Shown: positions 25,355 through 39,576, numbered from the stretch's first letter. The stretch: 64,000 nucleotides of DNA from the human T2T-CHM13v2.0 reference genome, Homo sapiens (GCF_009914755.1 NC_060935.1); one strand, 5' to 3'. The notes: generated by a model not told the origin, from the letters alone. Program-made: numbers and translations.

Positions 25355-28300
25355 CCTTCTATCAGTATTTACTCCAATAGTCTGTTCACAAATGGGAGGC
25401 AAATATCCAAATGGCGTGTCACCTTCAAGAAGGTTCAGGGACAACACTGAATCTCTCAGAAGGCTTCAGAGGATGTGGAAGGAAATAGGGCTCCAGCTGG
25501 GCTCGTGGTGGGTGAGGCAGCTGCAACTGCAGCTGCCTGCCCTCTGACTACTTCTCTCCCCTCTACACTATGGATTGCCTCGCATCCCTCATCAAACCCT
25601 CTCAATCTTTAGCACCACACAGACTACACTTCTCAGTAAAATTAAGTTTGCTGAGGACTGAGCAATTTCCAGGGTTGGGACTTTCTGTGCTAAACCTAAA
25701 AGAGTCCCTGGTAAACCGAAACCGTTTGTCCCCCTAAATAAGAGTTTAAACTGCATAGAAGCTAAATCATCTTTCCCAAGGTAGCTATAAAATCTATTTT
25801 GAAACAACTTCTGGGGCAATTCTTAGTGATTTCTTAGGCAATTCTTTGATTACCAACCTTTAATGGTACCACATTGCCCAAGGGGAAAGTGCAAATTGAC
25901 TGGTGTGGTTGTGTTGACCTACTTCTCCAGCCTCCTCTCAGCACTCCATCCCATAACTGTGCTTTAACCAAACATTTTCTGTTTCCTTATACAGTAGCCC
26001 CTTTAATCTAGAATGGCTTTGCTCCTCTGATGTCTGAAAAGTTTCCACTGACCTTTCAAAATCCCATTCAGGTGTCATCTACTCAGTAAAGCCTTTGCTC
26101 TCTTTCCTCCAAATGACCACTCATTTTTCACGGCCTCCACAGTACTCCAGTCATGTTTCTATGATAGGCTTACTATGAGCATGCTGAAATTTACCCTGTG
26201 CCTGTGTCTAATTTCTTCGTTAGGCTGTGAGCTCCTACAGGGGCTTTGTCTCATCTTTCTTTTCATCCCATTTGTAGCATACCTTTCACAGAAAGATTCT
26301 AAAATAGTATTGAGCGAAGGCATTTCCCTCTGCCTGGATCAGTCTATTAATTTAGATGCTGAATCTAGAAGAATATCAGTTAGATCTTGTATTCTGACTT
26401 TCAAAATCATAAGAATTTCAGTACCATCACTACTTATGAGCTATATTATTTTGGATAAATCTCTTAAAATTTCTAGTCTCAGTTTCTCATTTTAAAAAAA
26501 AGAGGGAGTGTGGTAGGTATAGATTTCTAACCAAAAAAGAAACATCAATCTCTTTTGCATCTATATCAATTCCTGTTTTAAATTTTGTTCTTACACAAAG
26601 AAAAATCAATATTTCTCCTAGTCCCAACTCTCTTCTGTACTATAACTTTTTTCCTTGCCATCTAGCTACTTTGACATCTCAGTTTTCGTTCACTTTTATA
26701 ATTTATTTTCTCTACAGAGAAATAATATTATTTATCCCTGGAGAGAGCAAAATACCCTGCTTTACCCATTAATAACTAAAACTACTCCAGTTACTTGGTG
26801 TATACATTTTAGTTAATATCACATTATAGTATCAGCAATGTGATATGTTCTTCTCTGTAAGGGGAAAAGAAGCAATTTTCACAAGAAGTCTTGGGAATAA
26901 AAGGACATTAGTAGCCATATACTAGCTTCATTTGGCCATTTCAAACCCTGTTTGAACTGAACTAAGCTTGAGGTAGACCCTGAAACACATGTGTCTCAGG
27001 AAACTCCAAGAGGGAGACTGGCCTTTGGTAAGCAGAATATAAAGACTCACCCCTCTCCAGGTATTTGTAAAGCATAATGCCATTAGGAGGATCTAATGTG
27101 CCTTCCATGTTCCCAGCATCTCTAACATGCATTTAATCAAATGGAAAACAAACGGAGACTGCTACCTGGCTGGGAATCTACTGTGAGGCCATCATCTGCT
27201 GCTTCCCTCAGCTTCTCCATGCTCTTTACTGTTCTTCATGGAGGCTCCTTTTTGAACTCAATAGGTTTCCTTGTCTTTGCCTTTGACATGCCCCTTCTTG
27301 CTTATGTCATTGCCCTCTTTCTGTATGCTTCCCTGGGCTCCCCCTTCCCATTTGTAGCCCATTCGAAGCTGTTGGCAGTGGCATTCCTAGGCCCTGGACC
27401 CCTACAGTCTCACTTTCTGGCAGGCAGCTTTTTTCTTCCTCTAGTCCCTGTAGGGTGGGAGACAGGGGGCTGACATCACTTCTGCTTTGCCCTTCAGGGG
27501 CAATTAACTTACAGGGAAATAAATTGCAGTGGGCTTTGTTAACGGCAAAGCCAGTACCACTCGAGGAAGTTCGCTTAGTTGCTAGTGGTGGCCCTGTAGC
27601 ATAGGATCCTGCTAAAAGCATGCACTTGATCAGGAATCAGGAGGCCCCTTCCATTTCTCTGGGTTTTAGTTTTCTCACTATAGAGAAAATGATGATTTAC
27701 TCACTTACTTATAAAAGCATGGGGATACAATTTGAAATAATTTAAAAGCCACAGGCACTAAATAAATGCCATATGTTAATTGCTTTTAAACATACCCTAT
27801 GAATTTAACTCAGAAGGAGTAAATTACTAGAACTTTGCATTAGGACAGGCAATACTATTTTGGGCAGAACTGTTTAGATCACTTAGTATGCAAACAGGAG
27901 ACTCAGCTAGAAGGAATATGAAAAATGTAGCAATCCTCAAAAGTCAAACACACTTAGGTTGGAGCTTTAGATAAATGACCCAGAGTGCATCTCCATTTTA
28001 TACATGAAAAAACCGAGTTCTAAAGCGAATAAGGACTTTTCCAAAGATAAAAGCTCATACAGCTTAGTTAATGGATAAAATCTCATATGAGTCTGTATAA
28101 ATGAATTGTACAATTTACCCAACTCTGAGAATAGAGGAGCTTATAGTTCTGAACTAGTGCTAGGCAAACTATAGCTCAGTAAATAGTTGTTAAAATACTT
28201 TTTGTCTGGTGCTGAATACGTTTTAATTGCTTACTTTGAGTCATTGCTGGTTTGCGATGTTTAAGTAGCGTATTATGAAACACAACATTGCACTTGCTCT

Positions 28301-29275
28301 GTTTTTTGGACAAGCCATTTCCCACTTAAGAAATCATATAAGGTCAGCATTAACTATTTTAGTTTGTATTACTACATGTTCCTACTGCACGAATATGATG
28401 TTGAGTTTAAATTAGATTTAGGGTTCTGCTAATAGGGAAGTCTACATTTAGAAAGGAAGATGGAAGAGACTTAAGACTCCAAACACCTAATCGTCCCTTC
28501 TCACTGAGAGTTCTCCTGTTCTGTGACATCGCTAATGGGAATACTGTGTATATTTACATAGATAAATACAAGACAAAGGAATACATGATTACAAACTGAA
28601 GCTTTGGTTCCAAATTCCAATGTGGATGCTTGACCTTGGGAAGTTAGGAAAGGCCTTTAATCTACAGTAGGAAGCCATAGTGGTTGTTCTTTACCCTAGA
28701 CCTCTTTTTGTTTTCCATTTGATTTTCTATGTGGATAAGGACATGGAAAGGGTGGGGAGACTTCTTGCAAAAAGGAGCTATCATCATCTACTTTTGAAGC
28801 AGAAGAGAAAAAATGGGAGAAAAGGAAATTAAAAATAAATGGCTCAGTTTTATCCAAATGGGGGCAGATCCAGTTCCCTTGCCCTCTCAGGCCAAGCAGA
28901 AGGAGAAACAGGTAAAGATACCACCCTCAACTGGGATCAAATATTTAATTAATCCATTTGCTTAAAACAATAAACTTGACAATTCCCATGAATGGATCAA
29001 TCAAATACCCTGCAACTGACAAAAATGTTTGTTAGTTCCTCTTTTGGGGCAATGTGGGGAGGCACGTGGAGGTGAAGGGTAGAGTAGTTGGAGGGGTGAA
29101 ACAAGGGGAGGGTATCTTTTTCCAAAAGGTCAGCTTTGCAGCCAGGTCTAGTGCTAAAAGCCTTAGGACTACAGCATAAAATCTGTGAGTGAGGCATGGT
29201 TTTAGTACATAATGTGCCATGGTGCGCAGCGTATGATAATAAGCTATCAGTAAGCATATTTTAGGTAGAATAACT

Positions 29276-29423
29276 GGGGGAAGGAAGGAAGGGAGGGAGG
29301 GAGGGAGAGAGGGAGGGAGGAAAGGACAAAGGAAGGAAGGGAGGGAGGGAAGGAAGGAAAGAAAGGGGGAAGGAAAAGGGGAAAGGAAAAGGGAAAGAAG
29401 GGAACTAGGTAGAGAGGGGAAGG
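29276..29423. repeat. Polypurine (GGAA/GGGA)n tract
   Basis: About 145 bp almost entirely G/A on the plus strand. Confidence 0.9.
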
Positions 29424-30922
29424 ACATCTGAGACTTATGAGATTGGGGTAAAAAAAACCTTCAGATTTGGAAGGAAAATGATTGAATGAACAGGTCAGTG
29501 GGCCTCAGAGTTGGAAGTAGAATGAGCTAATGAACAGGCCAGTGGGTAAGATATTCCGGAAGAAACAAAGGGTTTTGATTGGGTTTGTGGGAGTACATGA
29601 AGATCTTGTTATGGGTTAAGAATTATAGACTGAGACTCACGGTCACCGGAAACCTTACCAAAAGAAGACGATGATAGAGGAGAAATTGAAAATGAAGTAA
29701 AAATGATTTGAGGTTGAGGTTATGCCAGGTAAGACCGTAGGTACCTGGCTAAATGATACCCGTAGGCTTCTCTCAAATGGTATATTCATAGATTGACAGA
29801 AAAGGGGATTGGGCAGATATGAGAATTATCACGACACTACAAAGTTAGTACATGAGAGTACACAATGTGTGGGAAAAAACTGTAGTGGCAGATCAAAAGT
29901 AACCTATGAATTTCCCTAAAGTTGGTCTCATTTTTTGGTAAGGGAACTGCTCCATCTTTATCTAAGTCACAGCACAGGACAGGCAGGGAGATTGTAGCCA
30001 GTGAGCAAAAAAAGAGACAGTGAGAACAGGGGGTCAAAATGTCACAAGAGCCAGAGGAGAATCATACAAGACATTTCAAGGTCCAGAGAGTGGAGACACT
30101 AGCCAGATGCATGTTATCCTCTGTGGGGTGTTTTGAACCAGAAGGGGTATCGGGTGAGAAAACCTTGAACGAATGATAATGTAGGTTTGACTGACTTGGG
30201 TAGATTTGAAAGTGGTGAGTGAGGATTTGAATAGAAATTGAGGAAGGCCATTGGTAGCTGATGACATTGGATGCCCGTCAGAAGAGTTAATGTTAAGTAT
30301 TAATTGTGGTCGCCCGATTTGAAGACATTTGCATTAGGAAGGTTTTCTGGCCTGGATGTCTGGTGTAATAGATCATTTAGAAGAACACATGGGAAAACAA
30401 GGACTGTTGGGTGTTGACTGCTTATCTGTAATGAAGACCTTAAAATCACAGTCCTCAGGTTTCAAATTTCTAACTTAATACATGGACAGAGAACCAGATT
30501 ATTTCTATAACTGTCTGAGCAGAATCTGCTATCTCTTATAGAACTGGGGATAATCTAGTTAAGTTAATGAATTGCAATGTAGGTTAAATACACATACTTA
30601 CTACGTTTCTTTTGTGGTAGTTAAGACATTTACTGTGAAAGGGTGGGACACTAACAGTTGGAATGGGGTCATTGGTTCTCTACCTCTCCTGGTGATTTTA
30701 CATATCATATTAGTAAATTTATTTTCTGCTTATACCTAGGAAGGGCATAAAAAATTTAAGTTATTTTGGAATGGGATGGCAATTTCTAATGCAAGTAGCA
30801 GCTTACAGGAAGGGTCTGAGAGTCTCAAATCTGCCATTTTCAGATAAAGGATATACGGAAGCCCAGGGACATTCAGTGATTGTGATAAAATAATGTCTCA
30901 TTTTGTTGTGGCCACTGGCTGA

Positions 30923-31274
<352 letters not shown>

Positions 31275-31604
31275 TTATAATATCAGATGAATTTATTTTT
31301 CCAGGGTTCTCATGTAAAATTAGGAAATAATTTGAAAAGAACAGGACTCTAAAATGCAAAGGAGATTAGTGGCAAGATTTGAATGATGCAGTGCCCTGAT
31401 TCCCAACTGCACATGGAATCTTCATAGCCAGAAAAATTGGTCTCTACTTCCCTGTCTGATGAGGCTATTCCTATCTTGCTTCCAGATCCAAGATGCTGCT
31501 CCAAGAAAGAGCTTTCTTCAGTCACACATCTCAGATGCCCTTCCTCCCTCCTTAGTTCACCCCCTTTCCCACATTAATTTTTGTCTGATGAAAATAAATT
31601 CTGA

Positions 31605-32142
31605 AAAAGTTTTTTTCATCATTTTTTATCTATCCCCTAAAGCATTTATCCTCTGAGTTACAAACAATCCAATTACACTCTTTAAGTTATTTTGTAATGT
31701 ACAATTAAGTTATTATTGACTGTAGTCACCCAACTGTGCTTTCAAGTAGCAGGTCTTATTCCTTCTTTCTAACTATTTTTTGTACCCATTAACCATCCAC
31801 ACTTCCTCCCCAATTCCCCCATTACTCTTCCTAGACTCTGGTAACCATCCTTCTACTCTCTGTGTCCATGAGTTTAATGGGTTTGATTTTTAGCTCCCCA
31901 AAATAAATGAGAACATGTGATGTTTGTCTTTCCATGCGTGGCTTATTTCACTTGACATAATGATCTCCAGTTCCATCCATGTTGTTGCAAATCACAGGAT
32001 CTCATTCTTGTTTATGGCTGAATACATACCACTTCCTTGTGTATATGTACCACATTTTCTCTATTCACTCATCTGTTGATGAGCACTTAGGGTGCTTCCA
32101 AATCTTGACTATTGTGAACAGTGCTGCAACAAACATAGGAGT
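31605..32142 (-). mobile_element. L1MA-type 3' end
   Basis: TCTGGTAACCATCCTTCTACTCTC, TGAGAACATGTGATGTTTGTCTTTC, CCAGTTCCATCCATGTTGTTGCAAAT. Confidence 0.8.
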
Positions 32143-32649
32143 GCCATTGAAGATTTGTATGCATTCTCAACATGAGTGTGTTTCCCAGACGTTCTGCATC
32201 CAATGTACCAGCTTGCTCAGATAATAGTAGTCTTATGTTATTTACTTACTGATTGGTTGATTGACACTTAGGCTCAACAGTAGCTTACATTAAATAAAGT
32301 TAAGGTACAGCAACAGAAATCTAATGGCTTGGTAAACCAAATATATAGAAGTAGATTTATCAAGTGCCACCTGTCTACTTGTGTGTAACCCATATTCCCT
32401 GAAAGAGCAAGAAACTTACTCCCTTTACCAAGTGTCTAAAAATTACATTGAGGAAGGAAACATTAGGGGCCAAGGATACTAGTAGACGGATGCAGTTGAA
32501 ATGAACTTCTCAACATTACGACGATTGACGGATCATAAGTAGTGGGACTAAACTACCAGAGGAGAAGTGGAGAAAGTTATTAGAGTGAACAATAAGAGCA
32601 CTGTGGTAGTCTAAATGGATCAACCAACAAAGAATTTTGGCAAACCTGA

Positions 32650-33410
32650 AAGCCCTTCCTTTTTGCTTAATATAATAAAATTCTATCAGATCTCATAAAT
32701 AGAGGCCAAAATTAAGCCACCATGAGTGTCAATGCCATTGACCAGTTCCCTGGTTGAGTCAGTTTACTGAGTCAGTGTCATTTAAAAGCAGAGCAGGTAT
32801 TCTCTACAGTAACAACACAAGCATGTGCTATGAATATTCTTCCTGGCCTTCCTCGGATGGACCTGTCTCCCTTCCGTGGATTAAATAGTCAGGGAAAATA
32901 TCCAGACCATTTTAAATTTATTGAACTCTATCTTTGTGAGGTAATGAATGGAGTTTGGAACCAAGTCCACCTTAGTAGAATGTCGAATTACTCTGACCTT
33001 ATTTCCTAGTTTAGGAGTGTGAAGTTGGAATTGATGTTCTTAGCAGCTGAGAGAATCTCTGTGTTGATTCCCTGACCTGGAAATAAGTAGGGGCTGTTTC
33101 GATAGAGAGGGGCATATGGAAGCCCCTGGGTATTCCAATTTCCAGTAAAAGAGTCATAAAAACTACTGCACCTTTAGGGCAGCTCACTGAGATTAATACC
33201 ACTATCAACGTCTTAAAAGATTCAGGATGTAAATTTTTATCACATTTCCCTTTAACTCAGCAGTTTGATAGGTGAAGAATGACCGGGAATTGTAAGTTAA
33301 CTTGGTAGCCACTAATATTATATCTCCCGATCTAGATGTGTTTTTATTGGAATATGTCAGTACAGTCACTAGCACAGTGATATTAACTGATTAATGCTTT
33401 TGTCCAAATT
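32650..33410 (+). mobile_element. Highly decayed ERV-L-class pro/pol internal fragment
   Basis: Hand translation gives CEVGIDVLSS*ENLCVDSLT, WKPL, TEINTTINVLKDSG and FPFNSAV, resembling ERV-L CIIGIDILSSWQNPHIGSLT, AEISATIKDLKDAG and SPFNSPIW; left boundary uncertain. Confidence 0.65.
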
Positions 33411-33659
33411 TCCAAATACAAAATATGTTATATGCAAACAATTTTTACATGTGAATACATAACCACATATTCATACATACATATATACATATATAATAAT
33501 AAAATGTGTAATCAGGATCCAATTTGATAATAAAATGTTGCAAAACCATTAAATGAATTTATTTTTGTGCTTTTATCCCATACAGCCTCTTCTCTCCCTA
33601 CCAGAGATAATGTTCCTGAAATGTCTGTTAACCTTCCCTTGATTTTCTTTATAACCTTA

Positions 33660-34950
33660 CTGCCCCAGCCTGGCAAAGTATTGTCACCTAGTTGGTGTTA
33701 TAATTGTGACTTCCAAAAGGCCATTCCACCTTTCTTTCAATCCAGCTGCTTCAGAATGATGAGGAACGTGGTAAGACCAGTGAATTCCATGATCACAAGC
33801 CCATTGATGTACTTCTTTAGCCGTAAAGTGAGTGCCTTGGTCAGAGGCAATACTCTGTAGAATACCATGATGGTCGATTAGGCATTCCATGAGTCCACAG
33901 ATGGTAGTCTTGGCAGAAGCACTCCGTGCAGGATAGGCAAACCCATATCTGGAGTGTCTATTCCAGTGAGGACAAACCTCTGTCCTTTCCATTATGGAAG
34001 AAATTCAATTGAATCAACCTTCCACCAGGTAGCTGGCTGATCACCTCAAGGAATGGTGCCATATTGAGGGCTCATGGTTGGTCTCTGCTGCCAGCAAATT
34101 GGGCACTCAGCAGTGGCCATAGCCAGGTCAGCCTTGGCGAATGGAAGTCCATGTAGTTAAGCCCATTCGTAACCTCCATCCCTGCCACCATGGCCACTTT
34201 TTTCATGGGCCCATTGGGTGATGACAGAGTGCCTGGGGAAAGAGGGTGAGTGGTGTCCACAGAACAGGTCATCCTATCCACTTGATAATTAAAATCCACC
34301 TCTGCTGAGATCACCCATTGGTGAGCACTCACATGGGATACAAATATCCCCACATTTTTTGACCACTCAGAGAGGTCCATCCACATACCTCTTCTCCAAA
34401 CTTCTTTGTCACCAATTTTCCATTCATGCCTCCTCCAAGTCCCTGACCATCCAGCCAAACCATTGGCTGCAGCCCACGAATCAGTATGTAATTGCATATC
34501 TGGCCATTTCTCCTTCTCCACTGCTTGAAGTTCTGCCCACTGGGAACATTTCCCTTCACTGCTGTTCTTCATGGATGTCCTAGAAAGAGGCTGTAGTGCT
34601 GCAGCTGTCCACTTTCAGGTGATGCCTGCATATCGTGCAGGACCATCAGTGAACCAGGCCCTAGTCTTTTCTTTCTCTGTCAACTGATCATAGGGAACTC
34701 CCCATGAGGCCATTGGTGTAGGCTGGGGGAGAGAAGGCAGGGTGGCAGGAGTGGAGACCATGGGCACTTGAGTTACTGCTTCATGTAACTTGCTTGTGCC
34801 TTCAAGACCTGCTTGAGCCCGATCATGTATATATCATTTCCATTTGTTTATGGGATGTCTCTGTGCACAAACCACTTTATGACTATATGGGTCAGAAAGC
34901 ACCCAGTTTATAACAGGCAGTTCAGGTCGCATGGTGACTTGATGAGCCAT
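33660..34950 (-). mobile_element. ERV-L (HERV-L/ERVL-B4-like) pol fragment: RNase H and integrase
   Basis: ORF fragments contain GKCSQWAELQAV, HTDSWAAANGLAGWS, SDQGTHFTAKEV and HHSEAAGLKERWNGLL. Confidence 0.88.
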
Positions 34951-36028
34951 TGATTAAATATTCTAGAACACTGGAAAACATTTATAGAAAAAATATTTAA
35001 AAAGACAAATTTGAAGTACATTTTACCTTATAATAAAACAATGAATTAATGTTTTTGTTTCCTAAAGGTTCAGAAAAATCAATAAGAAAAGACTATTAAA
35101 AGAAAGAAATAATAAAGTTATGAAGTTCTGAACAGCTAATTCACAAAAGGAGATACACTTGTCATACACATGTGATAGGGTTCTATATCATACTCTTATA
35201 AAATAATATGTATTTACTCATGTGTGTAAAAGCAATGAAAATTATGACAGCAATAATATCTAATGATTACTTATACAATCAGGAAATAATTAGATTAGGT
35301 ATTTCTTTGGGAAAAGTCATTCTGAAAGTCTAAACAACAAAAAAATATTTGGGAATTTGGATCTTTTGAACCACTATTCAAACATGATGAATGAGAGAGT
35401 GATGCTGAGCTGGAGAGTGCCAACAGGTGAGGACCATTATGGATTCTGGAAAATTTTAAGTTGAGAGCAAGCAGTTGTGAGTGTTTCTCAATCATTGGTG
35501 AGGGAAAAGGATAAGTCTTTCCTTCCTCTTAGGTATAAATATTAGTTACAGGAAGGCATGTGCTGTTCTCAGGAGAGTTCAAATAAGAAACACTAAGGAA
35601 TTACGTGCATGCTGATGAAGAACCTCTTATTGGTCTCTTCCTATTGTTTTTGTGTTCATCAAGGGAATCTGAAAGCCCAAGAGAAATCCCAGCCTGTGAA
35701 ACACAAATTAAGTTCAGTTCCCTGCACTTCAACTAGTTTGGTCCCTGTGTAGAAATGGACCACTCTTTCTCAACACTGTGTATCTGTTCTTTGAGTGATA
35801 ACTTTCAAACTAGGGCCTGAACATAGGGTATAGAAAGTAAAAACTTTTGAGAAAAAATTCTGATGAGTTTTATTATTGAAATGAATAACATACTGTAAGG
35901 TGAGTTCTTAAAGGGGCAGATTTAACTCATTTTTCCTGTTTCTCTTCATCTTCAAGTTCCATGTAGAACAATGTTACTTGGAAATCGTTAGCATTCATCC
36001 TAACTTTGGTAATCTAGTCTCTCTTCAC

Positions 36029-36049
36029 AGATAGATAGATAGATAGATG

Positions 36050-36090
<41 letters not shown>

Positions 36091-36124
36091 GGTAATTATC
36101 TATAGATAGATAGATAGACAGATA
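36029..36124. repeat. (GATA)n microsatellite
   Basis: Direct tetranucleotide repeat with one main interruption. Confidence 0.95.
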
Positions 36125-37460
36125 AAGTAATTAAGGATCTACAAATAGGGTCTAAGTTGCTACAGCATAAATGAGCAAATCAAACATTGACCCCACTCAT
36201 TGACACTCCTGTCTTAAAGTCTCAGGCTATCTTGAACTTCACATGATTAAAATTTTCATATTTCATCAAATTGGAATATGAGGCTATCTTAGGGATTGGG
36301 TCCTCCTGGTGCAGTAGTTGTATTTGTTTTATTTTTGTAAGTTCTTATATCTATGTTGATGATTTCAATAATCCTATCCCTTTTATTTATTCTCATATTG
36401 GAAAAAATCTGACTTTAATGTAGCTTAAGTCACATACCTTAAAGATAGGACACATTGTATCTCAGCTCTACTAATAGCAGAGATCCTGGTTTGTTTTGTA
36501 TTGGTGAAACAGTTTTATAGTATTTTCCCATAAACTATTAATAAAAATTCTGAACTAAGATGATATATTGTATTCAGTTAAAATGTAATTTCTGCTTCAA
36601 TTTTAATTGTATAGAATACCAACTTTTTTCGACATCAAGCCAACATATGTCTTCCCTCCTGCTTTGGTTTCATTTTCCCTGTCTCAGGTGGTAGCTATTA
36701 AATAAGAAACATAGATTTGATGGAATTGTCTTCTCTTATAAGAACATTTTCCTAGGTTTATGAGCATGAAGAGTAGGGGAGAATGGTAGGGGCAAAACAT
36801 GTTCTCTAACAAAATCAATATTAGAAAATATTTAGACATCTGGGATAGAGGTATGTGTGATACCTAGTAGGTTGTAGTTGGGAGAGCACATATGAACGTC
36901 ATGTTTCTGGAGCCTCTTGGGGGATGGTGAAGTGTAAGAGAAACAGGAGGGGAGTCATGTATGAAGCCTGGTATTTTCTGGGTCATTTGGGAGGTTGTGG
37001 GAAATCCCACTATGAGTTGTGCTAAGATCCTTACCTGATCTGAGAGACTTGAGAGACACCCTTTTAAATAGAGGCAGGAATGGGGGCACCAGTAGCAGTA
37101 GCAGGAATGAATCCTTCCTCAAAATCTAGCTTTGAAATTGAGAAAACTAATCATAATAGGATAATAATAAGATATATGTATTTTCTTACTCTCCGTGATC
37201 AAAAATGGCAGTTCTGTAATACTGCTGCGAGGCATAATGTTTCATGACTCCCTGTCATTTATTGAGCGGTTATCACCTGCCAGACACAGTGCTAAGTACT
37301 TTACATGTTTCATCTTATTTAATACTTATAACTTCTCAGTCAGGTAAGTGAGGCTAGTAATACCAAGTAATATGTGAGGAAACTAGAGATGAATTTGGTA
37401 TACTGTAAACTTTTGAAATATTAACTGCTACCTAAAAGTAAATTCTTAGAATTAATAAAA

Positions 37461-38002
37461 TGTGATGGGTAGAATTCAAAATAACCTCACAGATCCCCTA
37501 GACCACCTTCGTTGTATATCCTCCCTATATAATCACTGTCCCCTTAGTGTGGGTGGGACTTGGGAAAATGACAGGATTTCACTCCACTGATTCCATTATA
37601 TTACATAATACATTAGCAGAGCAAACTGGAGAGAGATTTTCTTGCTGGTATTAAAGAAGTAAGCTGTCATGTTGTAGAAGGCCAGGTAATGAGGATCCTA
37701 GGATCTAGGATGGCTTCTATAAGCTGAGAGTGATATGCCCTGCCAACAACCAACAGGAAAACTGGGACATCAGTCCTAAAACTGTAAGGAACTGAATCGT
37801 GCCAAAAGCAATAATCTTGGAGGATGATCCCAAGCCTCAAATGAAATTGCAGCCTCTGGCTGATATACTGATTAAAACCTGCTGAGACCTTGAGCAGAGG
37901 GTCCAACTGACCTGACCCACAGAGAGGGTTAAATAATAAATTTACATGCTTTATGCCACTGTTTATGGTCATTTTTAATATATCAGTGAAAATCTAATAC
38001 AG
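37461..38002. mobile_element. MLT1-type MaLR LTR (copies at about 43402-43930, 50792-51332, 57441-57982)
   Basis: TGTGATGGGTAGAATT start, GGACATCAGTCCTAAAACTGTAAGGAACTGAAT core, AATCTAATACA end. Confidence 0.7.
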
Positions 38003-38272
38003 TGTGTTTCTTCTACTTTCTTCTGCATGTGGGTCTCTATTTATGTGTGTTTGTGTTTGAGTAACAGAGAGAGAGAGAGAGAGAAAGATTGGAAAATTAC
38101 TTCATCTTTATGAAAGAAGCTTTGTAACAGGGAAGGCCAGGATAACTGTAGAATTATCTACCATGGTTGATGCCGTTTCCACATAGAGAATGGGTTATCA
38201 GTTCTCAATTAACTGCTACATGCTGGATGCTCTTTATATCCCAGTGGGGAGAGAGATGAAGGGTGAGAAGAA

Positions 38273-38754
38273 ATGTCCAACTCATGACAGCATTCATCCT
38301 CATGGACCTTCCCCATGTCCCAGCTCTGGACGCCCCACTCTTTGGAGTCTTCCTGGTGGTTTATGTGCTTACTGTGCTGGGGAACCTCCTCATCCTGCTG
38401 GTGATCAGGGTGTACTCTCACCTCCACACCCCCAAGTACTACTTCCTCACCAATCTGTCCTTCATTGACTTGTGGTTCTTCACTGTCATGGTGCCCAAAA
38501 TGCCGAGGACCTTGTTGTCCCTGTGTGGCAAGGCTGTGTCCTTCCACAGTTGTATGACCCAACTCTATTTCTTCTACTTCCTGGGGAGCACCGAGTGTTT
38601 GCTCTACACGGTCATGTCCTATGATCGCTATAGAGGAAATACTCAGCACTTCCCAGGTAGTGAAAACACTCCCCACGAAGTGAGCCAAATGCTAGTGGCC
38701 CGGGGGGCACACGGGCTCCCACTCATCATCCTGGCAGATCTGAGTGGGTAACTA
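38273..38754 (+). pseudogene. OR10G5P: OR10G-type pseudogene with a 7-bp frameshift near the start, truncated after MSYDRY, followed by an inverted CDS fragment
   Basis: Clear homology to OR10G4 from ATG 38273 to 38630; second half of the CDS missing; position between OR10G6 and OR10G4 fits OR10G5P. Confidence 0.85.
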
Positions 38755-39576
38755 AGAGTTGATAGTTCTTAGTGGGCAATTCAAAATTAGTAATATAATT
38801 TAGTTATCCAAGTGAAATTTATTACATGTATAGGTCTCAGCATTAAACATTATTCCAAACAACTTGCACAGTTATAATTCTTTCACAGATTATCTAAGAC
38901 ATTTTTAAATTCACAGCTAGATTTTTATTTATGATGAACATGCTTGTAGTATCTATTGATGCATTTCTCATCAATAGATTTTTTTAACTTTTAAAAATAT
39001 ATATATATATATATTGTAGTTGGGTCTCAGGGATACACAGTGGAATCATTCATATATGTGAGCTGATGATATGCTTTTGTATTTTTTTGTGTGTACACAA
39101 AAATTTAAGAATTTACAATCGTGGGGGATATCGTTTAAGGATAACAAATATGAGAGGTCATTTTTCTGTTTGTGGCTATTTCTATTTAAATATCTTTTTG
39201 GTTGTTTTAGTATATCTATGCATTTGTACATGTATATACAAATCCAAATGTATGCAAAAGAAAGCATATAATATATAATGTATAGATATGTTAATGAAAA
39301 TTCAACACACACACACACATATACATTTATATGTACATATATCCCCTAAAATATTATTTGTAGAAACACCGTATTAAATTGGCAGAGATAGCAAACTATT
39401 CAAAATGACTATCAAATAATGAATGTAATATAAATTGTTGTATATTCACACAATGGATTACTATACAGCAATGATAATATATGATCTATAGCTACATGTA
39501 AGATGATATATGCATTTATCTTTTGTGCTCATTTATGTTTATTAACATTCAATATAAAAAAATTAAATATCTAGAT

